Of a stretch of DNA of 64,000 bases, positions 13,261 through 26,275 are shown one piece after another. The translations under genes and the position numbers were made by a program. The first letter of the stretch is position 1; every line of letters starts with the position of its first letter. The notes below the pieces were generated by a model. The model did not search any database, was not told the DNA's origin, and was given only the letters and a program-made list of their open reading frames with translations. Source of the stretch: Octopus sinensis (taxonomy: Eukaryota); assembly GCF_006345805.1 (NCBI RefSeq), contig NC_043018.1, forward strand, positions 22,444,001 through 22,508,000, written 5' to 3'.

Positions 13261-16200
13261 TATATATACTTTGCATATTTTCATATACATATAAGTAATT
13301 TGTATATATTCATATACATATATGTAATTCGTATATCTTCATATACATATATGTAATTTGTATATCTTAATATACATATATGTAATTTGTATATATTCAT
13401 ATACATATATATAATTTGTATATATATTCATATACATATAAATAATTTGTATATCTTCATATACATATATATAATTTGTATATCTTCATATACATATATA
13501 TAATTTGTATATCTTCATATACATATATGTAATTGTATATCTTCATATACAATATGTAATTTGTATATCTTCATATACATATATGTAATTTGTATATCTT
13601 CATATACATATATGTAATTTGTATATCTTCATATACATATATGTAATTTGTATATCTTCATATACATATATGTAATTTGTATATATTCATATACATATAT
13701 GTAATTGTATATCTTCATATATACATATGTAATTTGTATATCTTCATATACATATATGTAATTTGTATATATTCATATACATATATGTAATTTGTATATC
13801 TTCATATACATATATGTAATTTGTATATCTTCATATACATATATGTAATTTGTATATCTTCATATACATATATGTAATTTGTAATCTTCATATACATATA
13901 TGTAATTTGTATATCTTCATATACATATATGTAATTTGTATATCTTCATATACATATATGTAATTTGTATATCTTCATATACATATATGTAATTTGTATA
14001 TCTTCATATACATATATATATTTGTATATCTTCATATACATATATATAATTTGTATATCTTCATATACATATATATAATTGTATATCTTCATAACATATA
14101 TATAATTTGTATATCTTCATATACATATATATAATTTGTATATCTTCATATACATATATATAATTTGTATATCTTCATATACATATATATAATTGTATAT
14201 CTTCATATACATATATATAATTTGTATATCTTCATATACATATATATAATTTGTATATCTTCATATACATATATATAATTGTATATCTTCATATACATAT
14301 ATATAATTTGTATATCTTCATATACATATATATAATTTGTATATCTTCATATACATATATTAATTTGTATATCTTCATATACATATAATAATTTGTATAT
14401 CTTCATATACATATATATAATTTGTATATCTTCATATACATATATATAATTTGTATATCTTCATATACTATATATAATTTGTATATCTTCATATACATAT
14501 ATATAATTTGTATATCTTCATATACATATATATAATTTGTATATCTTCATATACATATATATAATTTGTATATCTTCATATACATATATATAATTTGTAT
14601 ATCTTCATATACATATATATAATTTGTATATCTTCATATACATATATATAATTTGTATATCTTCATTAACATATATATAATTTGTATATCTTCATATACA
14701 TATATATAATTTGTATATCTTCATATACATATATATAATTTGTATATCTTCATATACATATATATAATTTGTATATCTTCATATACATATATATAATTTG
14801 TATATCTTCATATACATATATATAATTTGTATATCTTCATATACATATATATAATTTGTATATCTTCATATACATATATATAATTTGTATATCTTCATAT
14901 ACATATATATATTTGTATATCTTCATAACATATATATAATTTGTATATCATCATATACATATATATAATTTGTATATCTTCATATACATATATATAATTT
15001 GTATATCTTCATATACATATATATAATTTGTATATCTTCATATACATATATATAATTTGTATATATTCGTGCGCGTGTGTATAACTTGTACATGTTCGTG
15101 CGCGTGTGTATAACTTGTACATGTTCGTGCGCGTGTGTATAACTTGTACATGTTCGTGCGCGTGTGTATAACTTGTACATATTCATACACATGTGTATAA
15201 CTTGTACATATTCATACACATGTGTATAACTTGTACATATTCATACACATGTGTATAACTTGTACATATTCATACACATGTGTATAACTTGTACATATTC
15301 ATACACATGTGTATAACTTGTACATATTCATACACATGTGTATAACTTGTACATATTCATACACATGTGTATAACTTGTACATATTCATACACATGTTAT
15401 AACTTCTACATATTCATACACATGTGTATAACTTGTACACATTCATACACATGTGTATAACTTCTACATATTCATACACATGTGTATAACTTCTACATAT
15501 TCATACACATGTGTATAACTTCTACATATTCATACACATGTGTATAACTTCTACATATTCATACACATGTGTATAACTTCTACATATTCATACACATGTG
15601 TATAACTTCTACATATTCATACACATGTGTATAACTTCTACATATTCATACACATGTGTATAACTTCTACATATTCATACACATGTGTATAACTTCTACA
15701 TATTCATACACATGTGTATAACTTGTACATATTCATACACATGTGTATAACTTGTACATATTCATACACATGTGTATAACTTCTACATATTCATACACAT
15801 GTGTATAACTTGTACATATTCATACACATGTGTATAACTTCTACATATTCATACACATGTGTATAACTTCTACATATTCATACACATGTGTATAACTTCT
15901 ACATATTCATACACATGTGTATAACTTCTACTATTCATACACATGTGTATAACTTGTACAATTCATACACATGTGTATAACTTGTACTATTCATACACAT
16001 GTGTATAACTTGTACATATTCATACACATGTGTATAACTTGTACATATTCATACACATGTGTATAACTTGTACATATTCATACACATATATATAACTTGT
16101 ACATATTCATATACATATATATAACTTGTATATATTCATATACATATATATAATTTGTATATATTCATATACAAATATATAATTTGTATATATTCATATA

Positions 16201-17214
16201 CAAATATATAATTTGTATATATTTATATACATATATATAATTTGTTATATATTTATATGCATGTATATAATTTGTATATATTATATATATGTATATAAAT
16301 ATATACTAATTATATTTATAATTATATATATTTTGTATATATTTATATACAAATATACAATTTGTGTACGTTTATATACGTATATATAATTTGTATACGT
16401 TTATATACATATATATAATTTGTATACGTTTATATACATATATATAATTTGTATACGTTTATATACATATATATAATTTGTATACGTTTATATACATATA
16501 TATAATTTGTATACATATATACATATATATAATTTGTATGCATATATATAATTTGTATATCTTCATATACATATATATAATTTGCATATTTTCATATACA
16601 TATATGTAATTCGTATATCTTCATATACATATATGTAATTTTTATACCTTCATATACATATATGTAATTTGCATACCTTCATATACATATATGTAATTTG
16701 TATATCTTCATATACATATATATAATTTGTATATATATTCATATACATATATATAATTGTATATATCATATACATATATAATTTTTATATATTCATATAC
16801 AAATATATAATTTGTATATATTCATATACAAATATATAATTTGTATATATTTATATACATATATATTATTTGTATATATTTATATGCATGTATATAATTT
16901 GTATATATTTATATATATGTATATAAATATATACTAATTATATTTATAATTATATATATTTTGTATATATTTATATACAAATATACAATTTGTGTACGTT
17001 TATATACGTATATATAATTTGTAAACGTTTTTATACATATATATAATTTGTATACATTTATATACATATATATAATTTGTATACATTTATATACATATAT
17101 ATAATTTGTATACATTTATATACATATATATAATTTGTATGCATATATATAATTTGTATATCTTCATATACATATATATAATTTGCATATTTTCATATAC
17201 ATATATGTAATTTG
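13261..17214. repeat. AT-rich 29-bp satellite, right block, including GC-shifted variants at 15068-16140
   Basis: Same unit with TATATCTTCA variant, then AACTTGTACATGTTCGTGCGCGTGTGTAT and AACTT(G/C)TACATATTCATACACATGTGTAT domains. Confidence 0.95.
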
Positions 17215-18885
17215 CTTAGGGTCCAGGGAGTGTCAGGAGCAGGGCTCTGGGCGCCATTGGGCTCAATGTCCGCGGCTACGAGACAACAGTGAGCGCTATG
17301 GCGACCAGAGCTCGCTCTGGGCGCCATTGGGCTCAATGTCCGCGGCTACGAGACAACAGTGAGCGCTATGGCGACCAGAGCTCGCTCTGGGCGCCATTGG
17401 GCTCAATGTCCGCGGCTACGAGACAACAGTGAGCGCTATGGCGACCAGAGCTCGCTCTGGGCGCCATTGGGCTCAATGTCCGCGGCTACGAGACAACAGT
17501 GAGCGCTATGGCGACCAGAGCTCGCTCTGGGCGCCATTGGGCTCAATGTCCGCGGCTACGAGACAACAGTGAGCGCTATGGCGACCAGAGCTCGCTCTGG
17601 GCGCCATTGGGCTCAATGTCCGCGGCTACGAGACAACAGTGAGCGCTATGGCGACCAGAGCTCGCTCTGGGCGCCATTGGGCTCAATGTCCGCGGCTACG
17701 AGACAACAGTGAGCGCTATGGCGACCAGAGCTCGCTCTGGGCGCCATTGGGCTCAATGTCCGCGGCTACGAGACAACAGTGAGCGCTATGGCGACCAGAG
17801 CTCGCTCTGGGCGCCATTGGGCTCAATGTCCGCGGCTACGAGACAACAGTGAGCGCTATGGCGACCAGAGCTTGCTCTGGGCGCCATTGGGCTCAATGTC
17901 CGCGGCTACGAGACAACAGTGAGCGCTATGGCGTTGGTCGCACCACAATAAACAGGAGGCGAGGCTGTAGGGTTACCCGAGCATAAAAGATGAGCATTAT
18001 TTGTAATTCAATGGTACAACAGTGTAACAGTTTGCTTTGACATACACACTGCATAAATTGTCAAGTAAATGAGAGGCATCTTTGCCTCCACTGATTCAGT
18101 TGCAAAGTGTAGAGTAAAATTTATTTGATTGCAGACCTCCTTTCAGTCTTTTTATTATCACTCGGTCACACATAGTCCCCAGATGGTAACATTGATTTCA
18201 AGGCCTTCCCAGATGAGTGACTGGTTATTCGAAGACATTTATAGATTTTAAATTTATTCTGTCCAGTTACGTATCAGTATAGTGGTCATTTGCAAACTAC
18301 AGAGGTGACACTTTCATTTCTCCTTAGCTCTCACGTCAAACAGTTGTTAATGTTGCCTGTCACCTGGATGGTGAGGAATCCTACATTAGGAGTGGTAACG
18401 ACTAGGGTAGGGTAACTGACTGCTTATTGTGATCATTCGTCTTTTGGTTTCCTGTAGCTTTGCTCTCTTTTACAAACCCAGTGAACATATATTTCCTATT
18501 TCAAAGAAATTCAAACAATAGATATAAGACCCAAGTTAAAAAGATTTTCAACAATTCAACTTCTCTGGTTGACATTAAGATGCCCACCCCAACAGGGGCC
18601 TTAACTCTCACATTTTAGAGCTCCATGACCTTCATTTTTCAGGAACAAAATCTTTTTAACAAGTTAAATAAGACTGGAATTTTGGAATATGCGCATAAAA
18701 ATCAGGATTATGGGATACATGTGGCACGATTACAATTTTTTAGGGTGTGTGAGATTGAAATAACCCTCATCTGCAATTTTGATGAAATTCGAAACATAGA
18801 TATTCCAGTTCATCACAGAAGATATAACAGAAAAGTCTAATTCTCCAATTGAATGTAATCGGGTAACGCCGGGTATCTCTGCTAG
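17215..18885 (+). mobile_element. Probable Helitron remnant carrying the 70-bp array
   Basis: Left flank CTTAGGGT..GGAGTGT matches the Helitron-like segment at 3408. A 3' end CGGGTAACGCCGGGTATCTCTG-CTAG|T lies at 18860-18886. Continuity of the middle is not proven. Confidence 0.4.
17245..17933 (+). repeat. GC-rich tandem array, ~10 x 70 bp, each unit an imperfect hairpin
   Basis: GCGCCATTGG recurs at exactly 17251, 17321 ... 17881. Units are identical except one C>T near 17872. Confidence 0.97.
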
Positions 18886-19084
18886 TTATATATAAATATA
18901 AAAAAGTAAAAGATATGCAATAAATATAAATATGTATATAAAAGTAAAAATGTACATATATATATATATATATATATATTCTTTCTTTTCTTTCTTTTAT
19001 TCTTTTACTTGTTTCGACCCGAACACTTCTTTAAAGTAATTCTATATATTTCGCAAGAAAGAACAATAATATTATGTATATACT

Positions 19085-19259
19085 TGCCACCATCGGGGGG
19101 ACAAACACAAACACACACACAGTTTCCGTCTACCAAATTCACTCACAAGGCTTTGGTTGGCCTGAGGCTCTAGTAGAAGACCAAGGCGTCGCGTAATGGG
19201 GCTGAACCCAGAACCATGTAGTTGGTAAGCAGGCTACTTACCACACAGCCACTCATGCA
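19085..19259 (-). mobile_element. CORE-type tRNA-derived SINE (partial)
   Basis: Reverse complement of the tRNA-like head (TGGCTGTGTGGTAAG...GGTTCAGCCC) and of the core GCCTTGTGAGTGAATTTGGTAGACGGAAACTG. Confidence 0.75.
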
Positions 19260-19582
19260 TATGTATGTGTGTGTGTGTGTGAGTGTGTGTGTGTGTGGTG
19301 TGTGTGTGTGTGTGTGTTTGTGTGTGTCTGTGTGTAGTTTGACAAGTGTCAATGAACGAAACTCTCGCCCCCCGAGTCACTCTGTTGCTTCTGCTAAATA
19401 TTGATAAACACATTTATGACAACCTTTTTCAGATTCCGTCAACCAAATCTACTCACAAGGGTTTAGTCGACCCAGGGCTATAGTAGAAACACCCGCTCAA
19501 AGTGCCACGCAGCTGGACTGAACCCGGAACAGCTTACAACACAGTCACGCCTGCTTCTATTCACATATATACATGATATATA

Positions 19583-19806
19583 TTTCTTTTGCTACCCACA
19601 AGGAGCTAAACATAGAGGGGACAAACAAGGACAGTCAAACGGATTAAGTCGATTACATCGACCCAGTGCAAAACTGGTACTTTATTTATCGACCCCGAGA
19701 GGATGAAAGGCAAAGTCGACCTCGGCGGAATTTGAACTCAGAACAATAGACGAAATACTGCTAAGCATTTCGCCCGGCGTGCTAACGCTTCTGCCAGCTC
19801 GCCGCC
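19583..19806 (-). mobile_element. Deu/Nin-domain tRNA-derived SINE
   Basis: Head GGCGAGCTGGCAGAAGCGTTAGC...GAGTTCAAATTCC and central GTCGACTTTGCCTTTCATCCTCTCGGGGTCGATAAATAAAGTACCAG. Domain name is from recalled consensus. Confidence 0.8.
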
Positions 19807-20359
19807 TCTTGCATATAAATCTATGTGCGTATATAGACACAGTTATACATACACATACCTAGTCATGGATGGCTACACACACTAACACACACGTACACAT
19901 ACACATGCAAGTAGTCACACGAGTGTACACACAACCACACACATACGCACGCACACACACACACACATACACACTCGCACGCACGCACATAATCTCCTTT
20001 CCTCTCACCCTTATTCTTCTAAGCAAACACACATCTACACACACATAGAAAGGCATGCATGTACGCAGACATAAGATTAATTCGCGGCCAAATTTCAGGG
20101 CAGACGTTGAAGAGAAAGGACAAGCTATTGAAAAGGTCGCGAAAAATAGCGACGAACGGACTTTCACGAAGAAATAAAACTTTGATTGTTTAACCAAACA
20201 AACGATCGATTACGAAGTTGGTCAGATGTGTAACCATATCGTTATTGGCATAATAACCCTCCCAAGAATCAACAAGATGTATGTGTGTATACGTGTGTGA
20301 GTGTGTGTGCGTATGTGTATATATGTATGTGTGTATGTGTGTATATGTATGTGTGTGTG

Positions 20360-20492
20360 TGTGGCAAAAACAGACCGATAGAATAAGTACTAGGCTTACA
20401 AAGAATAATCCCTAGAGTCGATTTGCTCGACTAAAGGCAGTGCTCCAGCATGGCCAAAGTCAAATGACTGTAACAAATAAAAGAATAAAAGA

Positions 20493-20495
<3 letters not shown>
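20360..20495 (+). mobile_element. 3' half of CORE-type SINE
   Basis: GGCAAAA...CCGATAGAATAAGTAC...GGCAGTGCTCCAGCATGGCC...ATAAAAGAATAAAAGAG tail. Confidence 0.75.
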
Positions 20496-20529
<34 letters not shown>

Positions 20530-20530
<1 letters not shown>

Positions 20531-20922
20531 TAGCAGTGTCGCCCGGCGTTGCTCGGGTTTGTAAGGGAAATAACTATATAAGCATTTTTAGAGATGTAAA
20601 GTATAATAGCCATCTCAATATGGCTAACCACAAAGGGGGAGTGTTACTGTAGCTTTTTACATTCTGAGATTTAATAATACATTTTTAGAGAGTTACTTCC
20701 CTTATATAAACCGAGCGAAAATGCATTAAAATGAGGAAAAAATTATGGTAATTTTTTTTTTAAATCGTAAACTCATTGTAGACGTGCGCTAATACCCAGA
20801 AGGGCTCGATATGAATCACGACTATAAGATACCCGCTTTTGGTTACACTGCACCGCAAAATGAGGGAGTAGTTAGGAAACTAAATCGTAGGAGACAGACA
20901 CACAACTTCACTTTTATATATA

Positions 20923-20925
<3 letters not shown>
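20530..20925 (-). mobile_element. ~395-bp non-autonomous Helitron
   Basis: A|TC at 20925; CCCGAGCAACGCCGGG hairpin and CTAG|T at 20530; inserted in (TA)n. Confidence 0.8.
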
Positions 20926-20958
<33 letters not shown>

Positions 20959-20990
20959 ACATATATATACAGTATATATATATATATAGA

Positions 20991-21096
<106 letters not shown>

Positions 21097-21101
21097 CAGT
21101 A

Positions 21102-21153
<52 letters not shown>

Positions 21154-22066
21154 TATATATATACAGTGTATATATATATATAAAATTTGAGGGAATATTA
21201 TACATAACTTACAGGGAAAAATTCAATTTAGAAATACTAATTCAAATTTCACGAAATATAATATATATATAAAATTAGAAAAAACCACCTTTTATCAATT
21301 CAAAATGAACAATTAAATTACACCATCTAGAAAATTACATATAATAGAAATATTAAATATAAAATAATAATATACCGATGATTAAGTAATGTGCAAAATA
21401 ATAAATAAATCGTATATATCATGAATTGATAAAAGGTGTTTCTTTTTCTAATTTATATATATATATACAGTCTTTTCTGTTGCTTGACCATTAATACCTG
21501 CTATATATCTCTCTCTTGCTGCCTTCGAAATACACTGCCACACATACATAGACGCACACACACATACATGAAAGCAATTTCTCACACTCAAACACTCTAG
21601 CACTCATTCTTAAAATAATTCAAATATAAACACCAGTCATACAGAATACATTCACACTCTTTGATTTTCCTGTACCCCCCCCTTCTCCTAACCGGATTCT
21701 GACCTTGAACTATCTTAACGGACATTCTCGTCTGCTTTCACCCAGCTTGGCGTCAACGCATATAGATAGACAGTTTGTGCCATTTATTCCATGGGCTCCT
21801 CGCGAGCGTTTGTGAAAAGCTTGCTGTGCATTTTGCTGGAGAATTAAGTTCCTGGATTTTCCTGAAGAGAAGGCTGCAAAATGGACTCCTTATTCAATCC
21901 GAATTAGGGACTTTGCAGCCTTTGAAACACATGTAGAAAATAATAAAAGGGAATTTTGTTAAATCTTCGTTTCTTCCTACACTATATATATATATATATT
22001 ATTACACACATGTGAGTGAGAACACTTTGAGATATTTTTGGTATCTAACATATGTCAGATACTGCG

Positions 22067-22168
22067 AGCGCTGTTCTGATTGGTCAATCCATGGTGATGA
22101 CCCGAGGTCACGGTGACAGCGCTGCTTTGATTGGTCAATCCATGGTGATGACCCGACGTCACGGTGAC
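22067..22168 (+). repeat. 2 x 51-bp tandem duplication
   Basis: TGGTCAATCCATGGTGATGACCCGA at 22081 and 22132. Confidence 0.8.
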
Positions 22169-22264
22169 GGCACTACTTTTGTCATTCATAAGTTACAACT
22201 AAACGTGAAGAATTTAGTTATTGGGATAATAAAATATGGTCGTTTATTCGTGTGTAATAAATAA

Positions 22265-22365
22265 AATACCAAACTCATTCCCTATGGATACCGTATTTAT
22301 TACAACTCGTTTACAAGCCACTCGTTGTTAGAAATACGGTGTCCATAGGGAACTCGTTTGGTATT
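22265..22365. repeat. ~100-bp inverted repeat (collapsed MITE or RNA hairpin)
   Basis: AATACCAAAC/GTTTGGTATT and TTCCCTATGGATACCGTATTT/AAATACGGTGTCCATAGGGAA stems. Confidence 0.8.
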
Positions 22366-22620
22366 CTCTATATATATTCAGTCAAACTAATGCACCTGTT
22401 TGTTATTCCTGCACCTGTCTTCGTCTTTTGTTGTTTTCTGTAAATATATCCTTTTATATATGTGTGCTGCAAGATTCTTGATGTGAAACCGTGCGTTGAA
22501 ACAGATATTGTTGTATTTCGAGATAGTTATTTTTTCCCTCTTTTTGCCAAATAAACAGGCGCACTATATAATTCCCTTTTCACTCATTTATTACTGTTCT
22601 TATTCTAATTTATGCTTATC

Positions 22621-22665
22621 GTCCGGAAATCTTTCGTCACACCTCTGTGAACTCTTCAGCGACAC
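22621..22665 (-). ncRNA. Partly decayed minimal hammerhead motif
   Basis: GUGUCG-CUGAAGA-GUUCAC(AGAGGU)GUGAC-GAAA-GAUU-UC-CGGAC; stem I is imperfect. Confidence 0.45.
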
Positions 22666-22889
22666 TTTCTGTCTTCGTGTGTACTCTTGCTCCACTTTTA
22701 TACATATACACACATACGCGAGTAAATATACGGGTAAAACCCTTGTGGTATGCTATATAAAGCTCGTATAAAGTCTTACTCAAAGAAGGTGCATTTCACA
22801 CCTTGAATTGGTGATAATGATTACACAACATCTCACCAATGAACAAGTGTAAAAATGTGTCGAAACAATTGTAATGTTTATAGATAATG

Positions 22890-22986
<97 letters not shown>

Positions 22987-23521
22987 ATTATGTATGTATG
23001 TATGTATGTATGTATGTATGTATGTATGCATGTATGTATGTATGTATGTATGTATGTATGTATGTATGTATGTATGTATGTATGTATGTGTGGTATGTAT
23101 ATACTTACATATATATATATATGTATATACATATGCATATATGGGTTCAGGACGTCACAGAAGGTAAACAACAGAAAATACGAAATACGAAAATATGGAA
23201 TACGAACTTTTTTGCGAACAGCGAAAGAAACAATAGTATCGATAATGCCCGAAATTGCGTTTGACTCCTCTTGCTGATAACTGATGAAGAATTTGTGATC
23301 TTGTGTGTTTTCTGTTCGCCTGTGCATTTAGTATGTGTTCGTTTGTTTATTTACAATACGTTTATTTTTAATTATATATCTATAGATATGTCATATTTTC
23401 CGTTTGTTGTCTTTTTATTTAATCCTGAAGATATTATTTATGTAACGCACGCACTCATTAATCTTTTACCTATATATATATATGTGTATGCGTGTGTATG
23501 TGTGCGTGTGTGTGTGTGAGC

Positions 23522-23552
<31 letters not shown>

Positions 23553-24023
23553 CGTGTGTGTAGTTCAAATTTACAGAAAACAAACGACGAAGACAGGTGA
23601 AAGAACAACAAGCAGAGTTTGAAGGTTTTTTAGTTATAGAAATCGACCCCAGGACTTACTCTTTGGAACCCTAGCACTTATTCTATCGGTTTCTTTTTCC
23701 AAAACGCTAAGCTACGGGGACGTGTATATATATACATATATATATATATTGATGTTGAACTTAAAAATGGTCTATGACTATTTAATTTTTTCCCACTAGG
23801 CCGCTGGTGGCAAAAAGAATTCTAAAAAATTTTTTTGCCACCCTATATTGATTAATTATATATATATATTATATATAATGTGAAATAGAAAGATGAATAA
23901 TCTTGTTGTAGATTAATCAAAGTTAACCGATACCTTAGTAGCAAAATCACAGCAGTAAACAGCACGGTTGGAGGTACAACCATCTGGCGTTGCAACCGTG
24001 CGCTGGTGCGGATAATTGAAATT

Positions 24024-24288
24024 AAAACATTATTGGTGAATTGAAGAAATGGAGCTGAACGCAGATTGAACCGAAATCGTTTTATTTCATTCTACACGTG
24101 TTTCGAAGGCACAAATTACCAAAATCCGATTGAATAATGGGACCATATTGTGTCTTTCTCTTCAGGAAGAAAAAGGAAATCCGTTAGAGAAACAAAAACA
24201 GAACAGAGCGGAGCAAAAAAACGTGTAGAATGAAATAAAACGATTTCGGTTCAATCTGCGTTCAGCTCCATTTCTTCAATTCACCAAT

Positions 24289-24296
<8 letters not shown>
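24024..24296. repeat. Perfect 76-bp inverted repeat (24024-24099 and 24221-24296), PLE-type inverted terminus
   Basis: The arms compared base by base are exact reverse complements; the right arm runs into (TA)n. Confidence 0.92.
24090..24168 (-). ncRNA. Type I hammerhead motif with palindromic stem III and long stem II
   Basis: UUC-CUGAAGA-[GAAAGACACAA...UUGUGCCUUC]-GAA-ACACGUGU-A-GAA; core intact, cleavage triplet GUA, stem I only 3 bp. Confidence 0.7.
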
Positions 24297-24319
<23 letters not shown>

Positions 24320-24769
24320 GGCGTAGGAGTGACTGTGTGACAAGAAGTTTGCTGCCTGGTCACTAGGTCAAATAGATTTGGACGATGGAAACTGAAAAAA
24401 GCCCGTCGTATATACGTGTTTGTGGCACGGAGGGGGCTAGCTTCGTGCTTGTCCCAGACAACCGCTTGTTGACTTCCTTTCCATCCCCGCAACTTAGAAG
24501 TTCGACGAAATTAACCGATAGAATATGTCGAATGACTGAGACAAGTAAATGTTTTTTTTAGATATATCGTAGTAATATCTAATGTAGTTGTGGTTTACGA
24601 CCAGTCAGGACGTTACCATTGGTTTCACACTTTTTATACTCTTAGCAATATAAACGTCTCCCACGGCTAAGAACGTAAAAGGCACGAAAGCAAAGGTGAC
24701 TCCCTGACCGGCCATACCAGCCACATAGTTTCGGGTTCATTCACACTGCGTGGCACCTAGGGTTGCATT

Positions 24770-24910
24770 CAAAATTCTACCAGGACACCTGATGAAGGCT
24801 GGAGAGTAAATCAGCCGAAATTTTGTGGTAGCAACAAACAAGATGAGGACAAATATCCGTCCAATGTAAAAAATGTAAATATTGTACAGAATTCCTCATC
24901 TCTAAAATAT
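24770..24910 (+). mobile_element. 3' end of Poseidon-type PLE with decayed hammerhead (same family as 29620-29760)
   Basis: CTGATGAAGGCTGG-AGAGTAAAT-CAGCC-GAAA...ACAAGATGAGGACAAAT...AATTCCTCATCTCTAAAATATA is shared with the copy at 29641. Confidence 0.7.
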
Positions 24911-25421
24911 AGAACAATTTATGATTGTTTCAAAAATTCCATGTTGACTTAATCTTGCATCGTGTTTTTAAACGACTCCACAATTAATGATGTAGTCATA
25001 TCCGTTGTACAGATACCCCGTTCATAGAAATGATCCCTCGCAACTCTCTACAAAAAATAATATGCTGAAGTGTTTGTCTATCGCTTAAATATAGGACATT
25101 AATCAATGTTTATAGTGGACGGCACAGCGGTCACATTTATAAACATGATTTGAAAAATAAGTCAAAATGATTTTGTAGAAATAATTGTAAACTATGAAAC
25201 AAAAATAGTAACGCAAACTCCACTTTTCAGTGCTTATTACTTCTGTAACCCCTCAAGGAAACATGGACCCCTCCTTCACTCCTCTCCACCCTTCATTTAT
25301 GGTTTGAGAATAATTCTATAATTGTTGTAAACTGGAATGGAACTTACTCTTTTCTGCTCACATCTATTCACCATTTAATGCTACTTGCTTTGCATCTTTT
25401 AGAGAGATAGATTAGATATAA

Positions 25422-25813
25422 CTAGCAGTATCGCCCGGCGTTGCTCGGGTTTGTAAGGGAAATAACTATATAAGCTTTTAGAGAGTTATAGCCAAAAAAT
25501 AGCAAAAAAAATGCATTAAAAATGGAAAAAAATTCTGGTAAATTTTTTTAAATCGTTGACTCATCGTAGACATTTTTAGAGAGCTACTTCCCTTATATAA
25601 TATCGAAAAAATGCATTAAAATGGAAAAAAATGATGGTAATTTTTTTTTAAATCGTAGACTAATCGTAGACGCGCGCTAATACCCAGAAGGGCTCAATAT
25701 GAATCACGACTATAAGATACCCGTTTTGGTTAAACTGCACCGCAAAATGTGGGAGTAGTTAGGAATCTAAATCGTAGGAGACAGACACACAACCTCTCTT
25801 TTATATATAAAGA
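25422..25813 (-). mobile_element. ~392-bp non-autonomous Helitron
   Basis: A|TC at 25813, hairpin and CTAG|T at 25422; near-identical to 20530-20925. Confidence 0.8.
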
Positions 25814-25849
25814 TAAACTCAAAGAGCAACTAGAAAGTGAAAGTAGTTT

Positions 25850-26275
25850 CTAACTTAGGATGTCTCATAGATAGTGCTGGCAATGGTGTTGGAGGTGGTA
25901 GATGTGGTTATCATGGCAGTGGTGGTGTAGTGGTGACAGTGGATGTGTATGATGGCAGAAATTATAGTGTTGGTGTTTTTGTAGAGGTGGTTGTGGTGGT
26001 GGCGGCAGTGGATGATGATGATAATGATGATGATAGTAGTAGCAGCATTGATTATGTTAGGATGTCTCATGGATGGTAGAGTTGAAGACATTGCAGAGTG
26101 TAGTGGTGGTGAAATTGGTGATTTTGAATATGATGCTGGTATTGATCTTGGGGTTGTGGTTGCAGAAGATGGTTGTGGTGGTGGCATTCGAGGTTGTAGT
26201 AATGGTTGTAGTGGTGGTTGTGAAGATGATTCTGATATTGATAGTCTTTGCATTGAGGTGGTGGCAGAGTCAGAG
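25850..26275. repeat. (GGT/GAT/TAG)n low-complexity tract
   Basis: Degenerate trinucleotide repeats that produce spurious poly-V/M/H/P ORFs. Confidence 0.8.

Noticed and set aside
17245-17933. CRISPR array
   Set aside because: Units are identical end to end with no unique spacers, there are no cas genes, and the context is eukaryotic.
18100-18360. Helitron-captured RPA/OB-fold fragment (INVTIWG on the minus strand)
   Set aside because: A single short motif across a frameshift; not distinguishable from chance without an HMM search.
22827-22878. Additional hammerhead
   Set aside because: GAAACAATTGTA and an AACAT/ATGTT stem are present, but the core reads CTCACCA and stem II does not pair; too decayed to call.
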